The position numbers were made by a program, and so were the translations under genes. The notes below the pieces were generated by a model, which made no database searches, had not been told where the DNA came from, and worked only from the letters and a program-made list of their open reading frames with translations. Below, in pieces: positions 1 to 7,531 of a DNA stretch of 45,783 bases. The stretch's first letter is position 1; every line of letters starts with the position of its first letter. The DNA comes from Candidatus Hydrogenedentota bacterium (GTDB lineage: Bacteria > Hydrogenedentota > Hydrogenedentia > Hydrogenedentales > GCA-2746185): assembly GCA_947486375.1 (NCBI GenBank), contig CANKTP010000003.1, positions 1-45,783 of the forward strand. Reading direction: 5' to 3'.

Positions 1-1
1 C

Positions 2-613
2 GAATATTGGCTCGGCGCGGGACAAGGCGCCGAGAATATGTGCCTCCTTACCCTGGGCACCGGTTTGGGCGGCGGCATCGTCGTATTCAAGAAATTGTTG
101 CGCGGGGTCGACGGCACGGCGGGCGAGATTGGGCATATGTGCGTCAAGCGGGACGGACGTCCGTGCAATTGCGGATCGCGCGGCTGCCTCGAGACCTACG
201 CCTCGGTGACCGGCATGGTGCGCACCGCCGTCAAGGGCCTGCGCGACGGCCGCGAGAGTTCCTTGCGCGACGCTTGCGGCGGCGACTTCGACAAGGTCAC
301 GGGCAAGATGATTTCCGAGGCAGCCGACCAGGGCGACGCCTTCGCGCGTTGGGTCATCAGCGAGACGGGCGTGTGGCTGGGCGTCGGCATCGCCACGTTG
401 ATCAACTTATTCAACCCCGAGAAGGTCGTCCTCTGTGGCGGCATGATCAGCGCCGGCGAGCGGCTTTTTCAACCGATCCGCGACACGGCACGCGCAATGG
501 CCTTCGGTGTGCCCGCGGCCCGCGCCCAGATCGTCCCGGCGGGCCTCGGCCTCGATTCCGGCGTCATCGGCGCCGCCGGCTGCGCCCTTGCCCGGCTCGA
601 ACACGGCGCGTAG
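2..613 (+). CDS. ROK family sugar kinase (glucokinase-like), 5'-truncated by window edge
   Basis: Frame is open from base 2 (EYWLGAG...). ROK motifs LTLGTGLGGG, GEIGH and the Zn site CNCGSRGCLE are present. Confidence 0.92.
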   Translation, partial: EYWLGAGQGAENMCLLTLGTGLGGGIVVFKKLLRGVDGTAGEIGHMCVKRDGRPCNCGSRGCLETYASVTGMVRTAVKGLRDGRESSLRDACGGDFDKVTGKMISEAADQGDAFARWVISETGVWLGVGIATLINLFNPEKVVLCGGMISAGERLFQPIRDTARAMAFGVPAARAQIVPAGLGLDSGVIGAAGCALARLEHGA

Positions 614-626
614 ACCGGACATCGCC

Positions 627-1547
627 ATGATCCTCACCGTCACGCCAAACCCCTGTATCGACAAGACCGTCTTTATCGACGACTTGCGCGTCGGGACGTT
701 CATTCGCGCACCGCGGTACACCGTCATCCCCGGCGGCAAGGGCACCAACGTCGCGCGTGCAGTCCGCCTCATGGGGCGGCCCGCCACGGCGATGGTCATC
801 GTCGGCGGACACACCGGCGCACACGTCGTCGACCTCATCCGAAACCAAGACAGGATGGACTGCGTGCCGGTCGAGGTCGCCTCGCCCACGCGGACCATCA
901 CCACGGTCCTCGAGGAACCGATCCGGCGGCAGACCGCCTTCTTCGAGCCGGGCTCGCAGGTCACCCCCGAGGAATACGAACGGACGGTTGAGACCTTTCG
1001 TGGCGCGGTCACGGGCATGCGCGTGGTCGCGTTCAGCGGCACCGTCTCCGACCCGGCGATTCGCACGCTATACCGCGACCTCATCCCCATCGCCAAGGCG
1101 GCGGGGGCCCTCACTATCCTCGATTCGCATGGCCCCGAGTTTCGCCTTGGCCTCGATAGCGTGCCCCACATGGTCAAGCCGAACCAAGCCGAACTGGAGG
1201 AGTTGGTGGAATACAAACTCGATTCCGATGCCGCGCGGGCCAAGGCCATCGATCACCTCCACGGCGTCGGCATCGAACTGGTTGTCCTGTCCCTCGGCAA
1301 AGACGGCGCCCTCGTCTCCCGCGCCGGCGAACGCTTTCACGTCAAGCCTCCCGCGATCCAAGAGGTGAACCCCGTCGGCAGCGGCGACGCGCTCGTCGCG
1401 GGCTTCGCCATCGGCCTACTCGAGGGAATGCCCCTGGATCCCATGGCCCGCCTGGGCGTCGCGATGGGCGCCGCCAACGCGATGTCGTGGGAAATCGGGC
1501 ATTTTACCAACGCTGAAGTAGAAGATATCCGCGTTAGGATTGTGTAA
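627..1547 (+). CDS. 1-phosphofructokinase/tagatose-6-phosphate kinase family hexose kinase (PfkB superfamily)
   Basis: Starts MILTVTPNPCIDKT at ATG 627. Motifs GGKGTNVA, VKPNQAE and the C-terminal PfkB signature NPVGSGDA. Confidence 0.92.
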   Translation: MILTVTPNPCIDKTVFIDDLRVGTFIRAPRYTVIPGGKGTNVARAVRLMGRPATAMVIVGGHTGAHVVDLIRNQDRMDCVPVEVASPTRTITTVLEEPIRRQTAFFEPGSQVTPEEYERTVETFRGAVTGMRVVAFSGTVSDPAIRTLYRDLIPIAKAAGALTILDSHGPEFRLGLDSVPHMVKPNQAELEELVEYKLDSDAARAKAIDHLHGVGIELVVLSLGKDGALVSRAGERFHVKPPAIQEVNPVGSGDALVAGFAIGLLEGMPLDPMARLGVAMGAANAMSWEIGHFTNAEVEDIRVRIV

Positions 1548-1619
1548 ATCGTTGACTTGCCGAGGCATTTCGGCAAGAATGCGATCTTGGCCCCGTCAAT
1601 CGATTCATGCGAGTGGAGA

Positions 1620-4085
1620 ATGGCAATGCGATTCGTGTTTCTTGGTCTGTTAACGCTCGGGATGTTCTCGGCACCGTTGTCGGCGCAGACTCCGGGTCAA
1701 GGAGAGGGCGGCTATCTCCTGCCCAACGGGTGGACCATCACGCCCCTCGGCACTCCAATCCCCACGAGCGACTTGATTGGCAACATCGTGCCTTCGCCGG
1801 ACGGCAAGCGGATGATTGCCCTCACAGGGGGCTTCAATGAGCATGAGCTCGTCGTAATCGACGCGGCTAAGGACAAGGCGCTCCAGCACATCGTCCTTCG
1901 CAGCGCGTGGATGGGGCTCGCTTGGTCGCGGAAGGGCGACCAGTTGTACGTGTCGGGCGGAAATACTTCCGCCAAGGGGAAAAAGGCGCCCATCTACATT
2001 TTTGGGTATTCGGACGGTAAGCTTTCGAAGGAACCAGTCCGTTTGCTCGAGGAAGAGGAGAGCGTCCCGTCCGAAAAAATATTCTGGTCCGCAGTCGCCC
2101 AACACCCGCACAAGGAGCTGTTGTTTGCCGCCAATCGCACGGCGGGCAACGTGGTGGTGTTCGACACGCAGACCGGCGCGATCCTGAAGCGCATCACGAC
2201 CGAGGTGAACCCCTACGACCTCGTCTTCTCCGAGGACGCACGCACGTTGTACTGCTCAAACTGGGCCAGCGACAGCGTCAGCGTGATCGACGTCGACGCC
2301 ATGGCGATCCGTTCGACCTATGCGGTCGGGGACAACCCGAACGACATGGCGTTGTCCAAGGACGGACGTTTGTTCGTGGCCTGCGGAAACGACAACAGCG
2401 TCCATGTGATTAACACGACGAAGGGCCGCACAACCGAGGTGTTCAATACCAGTTTGTACGAGCGCTCGCCGGAGGGATCGACGCCGAACGCTCTTGCGCT
2501 GGATCCGGAGAACGAGACGCTCTACGTAGCCAACGCGGACAATAACAACGTCTGCGTGATCGACGTGAAAGAGGAGGGTGAAGGTATGGTGTTGGGATTT
2601 CTTCCAGCGGGCTGGTATCCCTCCGCGCTGGCCGTCGGCTTGGACGGGAAGAAGCTGTTCGTGGGCAACGGCAAAGGCATCGCGACCTCCGCCAACGTCA
2701 ACGGGCCTCACAGCACGGCCCGTAAAAAGGACGAGAAAGTGGTTACGGTAAAGAATTCCGTCCGTGGGACGGTAAACGTGGTCGACCTGGAAAAACACAA
2801 GACTGAGTTGCGCGTCCTGACGGAGCAGGCCTACAAGAACACCCCGTACAACGACGATTTGCTCTCGCAGGCCCGCGCACCGAAGAACGACCGCTCGGTG
2901 GTGCCCCGGACCGTGGGCGCGGGATCGCCGATCAAGCATGTCCTCTATATCATCAAGGAAAATCGCACCTATGACCAGGTGTTTGGAGACTTGCCTCAAG
3001 GCAATGGCGACCCGAGGTTGGTATTGTTCGGGCGGGACGTCACGCCGAACCAGCACAAGCTCGCCGAGGAATTCGTGCTACTCGACAATCTCTATTGCGA
3101 TGCCGAGGTGAGCGTGGACGGTCATGCGTGGAGCAACGCGGCATATGCGACGGACTTCATAGAGAAGACCTGGCCCGCATCGTACGGCGACAAGTCGGAG
3201 GCCCCGCGCACCGACGCGGCCACGCCGGCCAGTGGATACATCTGGGACCTCGCGGCGCGCAAGGGGCTCACGTACCGGAGCTACGGCGAGTACGCGCAGC
3301 GCGTGAGCGAGGGCGGTGACATGCAGGGGCGCGTTGGCGGACTCGTCGGCCATGTCGCCCCGAACTATCTGAATTGGGGCGCGCGGGACACGGAGAATGC
3401 GGCCGAGTTTATCCGGGAGTTTGACGAGTACGAGAAGAATTTCGACAGCGCCGATCCGAAACTACGGCTGCCGAATTTCATGGTCATGGGCCTGCCGGAG
3501 GACCACACCAAGGGCACACGCCCCGGCGAACCCACGCCGCGCGCGGCCGTCGCCAGCAATGACTACGCGCTTGGGCTGATCATCGATCGCATTAGTCACA
3601 GCCGGTACTGGCCTGAGATCGCCGTCTTCGTGATCGAGGACGATGCGCAGGACGGCCCGGACCATGTCGACTCGCGGCGCACGACGGGGCAGGTCATCAG
3701 CGCGTACACCAAGCGGAAGACCGTGGACAGCACCTTCTACACGACGAGCGCGATGTTGCGCACGATAGAGTTGCTGCTCGGGTTGCCCCCCATGAGCCAG
3801 TTCGACGCGGCCGCGAACCCGATGTATGCCTCGTTGGCCGACACGCCGGACCTGTCGGGGTATACGCACGTGAAGCCGGGCATCGATTTGGAAGAGCGCA
3901 ACACGAAGACCGCGTGGGGCGCGCACGAATCGCTGGCAATGGATCTGACCGAGTTCGATCGCGCCCCAATGTTCGAGATGAACGAGATTTTGTGGAAGTC
4001 GGTGCATGGCGCGGAGTCGGAGATGCCGATCCCGGTGCATCGGTTTGCTCCGGCGAGCTTGGCGATCGCGGCGGGGCAGGATTGA
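1620..4085 (+). CDS. Secreted YVTN/YncE beta-propeller fused to phosphoesterase (alkaline-phosphatase-like) domain
   Basis: Signal peptide ending LSA-Q; propeller repeats (LYVANADNN, LFVACG); C-terminal IKHVLYIIKENRTYDQ and EDDAQDGPDHVD motifs. Start is ATG 1620 or 1626, after GGAGA. Confidence 0.85.
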   Translation: MAMRFVFLGLLTLGMFSAPLSAQTPGQGEGGYLLPNGWTITPLGTPIPTSDLIGNIVPSPDGKRMIALTGGFNEHELVVIDAAKDKALQHIVLRSAWMGLAWSRKGDQLYVSGGNTSAKGKKAPIYIFGYSDGKLSKEPVRLLEEEESVPSEKIFWSAVAQHPHKELLFAANRTAGNVVVFDTQTGAILKRITTEVNPYDLVFSEDARTLYCSNWASDSVSVIDVDAMAIRSTYAVGDNPNDMALSKDGRLFVACGNDNSVHVINTTKGRTTEVFNTSLYERSPEGSTPNALALDPENETLYVANADNNNVCVIDVKEEGEGMVLGFLPAGWYPSALAVGLDGKKLFVGNGKGIATSANVNGPHSTARKKDEKVVTVKNSVRGTVNVVDLEKHKTELRVLTEQAYKNTPYNDDLLSQARAPKNDRSVVPRTVGAGSPIKHVLYIIKENRTYDQVFGDLPQGNGDPRLVLFGRDVTPNQHKLAEEFVLLDNLYCDAEVSVDGHAWSNAAYATDFIEKTWPASYGDKSEAPRTDAATPASGYIWDLAARKGLTYRSYGEYAQRVSEGGDMQGRVGGLVGHVAPNYLNWGARDTENAAEFIREFDEYEKNFDSADPKLRLPNFMVMGLPEDHTKGTRPGEPTPRAAVASNDYALGLIIDRISHSRYWPEIAVFVIEDDAQDGPDHVDSRRTTGQVISAYTKRKTVDSTFYTTSAMLRTIELLLGLPPMSQFDAAANPMYASLADTPDLSGYTHVKPGIDLEERNTKTAWGAHESLAMDLTEFDRAPMFEMNEILWKSVHGAESEMPIPVHRFAPASLAIAAGQD

Positions 4086-4101
4086 TACACGCTGGACGCC
4101 A

Positions 4102-4188
4102 TGGCATGGGCATCTTGCCCATGAATCCCGGGTTGAGAGTGAAATCGACGTCATCCGACCGTGTGCATGGGCAAGATGCCCATGCCAC
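4102..4188. repeat. REP/REPIN-like inverted doublet of palindromic repeats
   Basis: 4102-4123 (TGGCATGGGCATCTTGCCCATG) is the exact reverse complement of 4166-4187. Each arm contains its own 8-bp palindrome CATGGGCA-nnn-TGCCCATG. The right arm reads GTGG- at its 5' end on the minus strand. Confidence 0.8.
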
Positions 4189-4204
4189 GAGATTCCGGCA
4201 ATCG

Positions 4205-5449
4205 GTGTCCAGGACGCTCATTTCCGTGCTATGCCTTGCAGGCATGGCGTGGGCGCAAGAGGCCGCGCCGGGGCTTCATTGGTATTCGAACTACGAAGAG
4301 GCGCGGGCCGAGGCGAAGCGGACGGACAAGCCGATCTTCCTCGAGTTCCGTTGCGCGCCTTGAATTAACGGGCGCAAATTCGACGCACAGGTTGTGCAGT
4401 CGCCAATCGAATCGCCCCGGGGGCAGCTGCTCTCGAACTATGTCCTTGCACGCATCGTCGACATGACGCCCATCGACATCGGTCTGTTCGATTACGACCG
4501 GCACAACGCTGTGTATATTTTTCTCCTGAACGACGACGAACATATTTACATGCGATACGGCGGGCGCGAACCGGAATCCGGCGAGACGTATCTCAATTTG
4601 GACAGCCTCGAGATCGCGCTGCGCCTGGGCCTGCAACAGCATGCCCGGTATGCGGAGGGTCAATTGCCGCCCCAGCCACGCCCGAGGCCGCTTTTCTCCG
4701 CCGATATCCCGCTGCTCAAGGAGCACGAGATCGACCGGGGCCGCTGCGTTGAATGTCACCTGATCGCTGATTACCAGGCCCAGCAAGGCGAATTAGACGG
4801 CAGTCTCGACAAACTATCGGCGATTTACCGTTCCCCCGACATTAAAAACTTGGGTATTCATCTCGAGATCCCCAAGGGGGTCCTCGTGAAAGAGGCCGTG
4901 GGGGCCGCGGTCGAGGCGGGGGTGCAGGCGGGCGACACGCTGGCCTCGATCGACGGAATCCCCGTCCTCACCTTCGGAGATTTCCTGTACCACTACGACA
5001 AGACGCCCCGGATGGCGAAGACCATCGATATCGGCGTGAAGCGCGGGGAACAAGACCTGGCGCTGCGGGTTAACCTTCCTGAGGAATGGTGGCGGACCGA
5101 CCTCTACTATCGGTTTTGGACGGTCGAGCCGCAGTTGTATTTCTTTGCGAAACCCCTGACCCCCGACGAGAAGGCGGCCAACGGACTGAAGCCGGAGGGC
5201 TTCGCCTCGCGGATCACGGAGGCGGACCCGGGGGCGATTCCGTTGCGCGTGCATGACTTGAAGGAAGGCGATATCATCTTCGCCGTAAATGGGGTGGAAA
5301 CCGACTCGTTTACGCATAACGCCGAGGTATACATGATCTTGAATTTGACGTCGGGCAAGGAAGCCACCGTTTCGATCGTCCGGGATGGCGAACGGATGGA
5401 CAGACTCATCACCCCCTACCGCCAATACTACCGGAAGCAAAAGTCGTGA
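4205..5449 (+). CDS. Probable exported selenoprotein: thioredoxin-like (CxxU) + CxxCH + two PDZ domains (Trx7/PDZ-type (seleno)protein)
   Basis: ORFs 3914-4363 and 4394-5449 share a frame and are separated only by TGA 4361-4363, giving ...KPIFLEFRCAP-U-INGRKFD... A SECIS-like hairpin follows. Signal peptide ends AWA-Q; RCVECH at 4742-4759; two PDZ-like segments (AGVQAGDTLASIDG, LKEGDIIFAVNG). Start GTG 4205 is inferred. Confidence 0.85.
4370..4417 (+). promoter_or_regulatory. Putative bacterial SECIS element
   Basis: Upper stem CGAC-GCACA [GGT] TGTGC-A-GTCG (4381-4402), with a G at the start of the apical loop 27 nt after the UGA. A possible lower pairing GGGCG (4370-4374) with CGCCC (4413-4417). 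Confidence 0.7.
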
Positions 5450-6003
5450 TGCGCGCCGCCGCGCTGCTTTCGCTCGTGCTGTTCCTGGCGTCCACAAGCC
5501 ATGCGCAGGGCGCGTCGTCGTCAAAGGCGGAGATCAAACACGGACGCTCGAAGGTCGTCCTGACCTATGCCGCCCGGCTCGAGGGCGATGTACTGGTGGT
5601 CGAGGCCGCGCATGCCCCCGAATGGCACAGCTACGCGATGGACAATGTAATCCGCGCTCAAAAAAAGTCCGGGAAGGAAAAACCCGAATCCGAACTGCCC
5701 ACGCGGATTGCGGTGTCGGGCGGCCTGGCCCTTGCGGGGCCGTGGTATCAGACGGAACCGAAAGATCTCTCGCAGCTCGACATCCAATGGTACACATGGG
5801 GCTTCGAGGAAAAGGCAACATTCGCCGCGAAAGTCGAACGCGGCGAGGGGAACGGCGCGGTCATCACCATAAACGGGCAGGCGTGCAATGCGTCCTCCTG
5901 CGCGATGATCGACGAGACTGTGCTGACGCTGGCGCTTGGGGAGGGGGCATTGATCTCCTCCGGTTTCGATCTTTCGATGCTCGCCGAAGTCATGGCAAAT
6001 TAG
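5449..6003 (+). CDS. Secreted DsbD N-terminal (DsbD-alpha)-like protein
   Basis: ATG overlaps the upstream stop (TGATG). Signal peptide ending SHA-Q; PEWHSY (compare DsbD-alpha WHxY); C-terminal GQACNASSC cysteine pair. Confidence 0.65.
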   Translation: MRAAALLSLVLFLASTSHAQGASSSKAEIKHGRSKVVLTYAARLEGDVLVVEAAHAPEWHSYAMDNVIRAQKKSGKEKPESELPTRIAVSGGLALAGPWYQTEPKDLSQLDIQWYTWGFEEKATFAAKVERGEGNGAVITINGQACNASSCAMIDETVLTLALGEGALISSGFDLSMLAEVMAN

Positions 6004-6021
6004 TCCACTGTCCAAAATTTC

Positions 6022-6402
6022 CTAGAGCAGTCTCCCCAGGACGAGTCCAAGAAACAAAAACGCCACCCCGGCCACGTTCTGCCCCACGACGTTGGCCATC
6101 GCCAATACGTAGTGCGAGTCGCGAAGCAGTGCAGCCGTATCGAAGGCGAAGGTCGAGAATGTCGTGAAGGCGCCCATGAATCCTGTCAGCAGGATGACCT
6201 TCGCGTTACCATCCCATCCCCACTTTTCGACGACCAGGCCAAACACAAACCCGAACGCCAGGCACCCCGCCATGTTGACGAACACGGTCGGCCACAACGC
6301 CATCGATCCGGGCCAGATTCGCTGGATGAACACGCCAGAGCCGTAGCGGGCCAGAGTGCCCAAGGCCCCTGCGGCGGCGAGCAAAAGTAGTTTGGAGTAC
6401 AT
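6022..6402 (-). CDS. crcB: Fluoride efflux channel CrcB/FluC
   Basis: Motifs GALGTLARY, TVFVNMAGC and TGFMGAFTTFSTF; four hydrophobic segments. Start is 6402 or 6411. Confidence 0.93.
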   Translation of the reverse strand: MYSKLLLLAAAGALGTLARYGSGVFIQRIWPGSMALWPTVFVNMAGCLAFGFVFGLVVEKWGWDGNAKVILLTGFMGAFTTFSTFAFDTAALLRDSHYVLAMANVVGQNVAGVAFLFLGLVLGRLL

Positions 6403-6489
6403 TCCGGGCATCCTCGATGCGATTTTCAGCCTTGGCCAAGCGGTACCCGGGATACTACACGATTTTTACGAACGGCGAGACGCCGGCAA

Positions 6490-6840
6490 TTACCCCGGCC
6501 CCTGGCCGTCAATCGCCGCATCGATAGCTTCTTCCGCCAATTCTTGTAGCTTTGCGGCGTCTTCGAGGAATTCCTCGGGGACGCGATAGTAGGACCTCAA
6601 GGTTTGGGTCGCGTTGGGTTGGAAGGGCTCCATGCCCCAAGCCTCATATTGCGCGCGGGACGCGGGGCTGGTCTTGAGGTACAGCGCGCCCTTGTGCGCG
6701 ATGCCGAAGAAGGTGCCGCCGCAGTAGAGGCCGTACGCTCCGAACATCGAGCGTTGCGTGATGCCGTCGATGGTCCCGAGTTGGTCGCAGACAAACTCGA
6801 CGAAGCCGTCGCCTTCCTGCGCGCCCCGGATAAACGGCAT
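6490..6840 (-). CDS. TfoX/Sxy N-terminal domain protein
   Basis: Motifs RSMFGAYGLY, LYLKT, MEPF and SYYRVPEEFLED are typical of TfoX_N. Confidence 0.85.
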   Translation of the reverse strand: MPFIRGAQEGDGFVEFVCDQLGTIDGITQRSMFGAYGLYCGGTFFGIAHKGALYLKTSPASRAQYEAWGMEPFQPNATQTLRSYYRVPEEFLEDAAKLQELAEEAIDAAIDGQGPG

Positions 6841-6994
6841 GTTGCGGAACCCCTTGGTAGCGACTCGATGGTTGTAATGACCACTCCAACTAAGACGATC
6901 GGGCGACCCTGCGCCCTTGATGGGCGTTGCCCGAAGTGCATGTGCTCTCGATCGGGCATGAAGGCCTGTCGCGCCCCTCTGCGCGGGGCTGGGA

Positions 6995-7486
6995 TTAGCC
7001 TTCGTCTTCCCCGCCGGATCGCAAGGGGTCCTTCGCGATGGCCGCGACGGTCCTTCTCCAGCGCCGGGCGAGGACGGGGTCTTCCTCGAAGAACCGGCTC
7101 AGCGCCAGGAGGCGCGCGGCGAGTTCATCGCCAATCTGGTGTTCCAATCGGCAGGCCTCCTGATCGGCCCACTCGGGCTCATAGCGGAGGACGTTCTGCA
7201 GGAAGGCCAGGACCGCCTCGTGGCGCGCGGTGAGCACGTCGGCGAGCGAGCGGCCCTTGTCGGTCAAGTCGACATATCCGTAGGCCTTGTGGGTAACGAG
7301 GTCTTTCTCGACCAACTCGCGCACCGCGCGCGAGGCGGCCGGACGGCTGACTTGGACCTGCTCGGCGATCTCGCTCACGCTGCACACCTTGTCGCGCGTC
7401 AGGAGATCGGCGATGGCCTCGACGTATTGCTCGACGGACGGAGTCGTGCTGTGTGGGGTCCCGCTCGATGGACTGAAGGATGCCAA
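6995..7486 (-). CDS. DtxR/MntR family metal-dependent transcriptional regulator
   Basis: EQYVEAI, HTH EIAEQVQVSRPAASRAV, YGYVDLTDKG and EACRLEH. No C-terminal SH3/FeoA domain. TTG start preceded by AGGAG. Confidence 0.9.
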   Translation of the reverse strand: MASFSPSSGTPHSTTPSVEQYVEAIADLLTRDKVCSVSEIAEQVQVSRPAASRAVRELVEKDLVTHKAYGYVDLTDKGRSLADVLTARHEAVLAFLQNVLRYEPEWADQEACRLEHQIGDELAARLLALSRFFEEDPVLARRWRRTVAAIAKDPLRSGGEDEG

Positions 7487-7531
7487 ACCGAATCTCCTAA
7501 ACCGATGCGATCATGGTACGGGGGGGCACCG

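Noticed and set aside
3914-4363. ORF 3914-4363 and ORF 4394-5449 as two independent genes
   Set aside because: They share a frame, the UGA sits at a CxxC position and a SECIS-like hairpin follows. The first ~97 codons of ORF 3914 overlap the upstream gene and the REP-like element.
6403-6489. Fluoride riboswitch upstream of crcB
   Set aside because: I could not find the GGxxAUGG...UCxCC / UGAUGxCxxCU pseudoknot consensus by eye. A cmscan would settle it.
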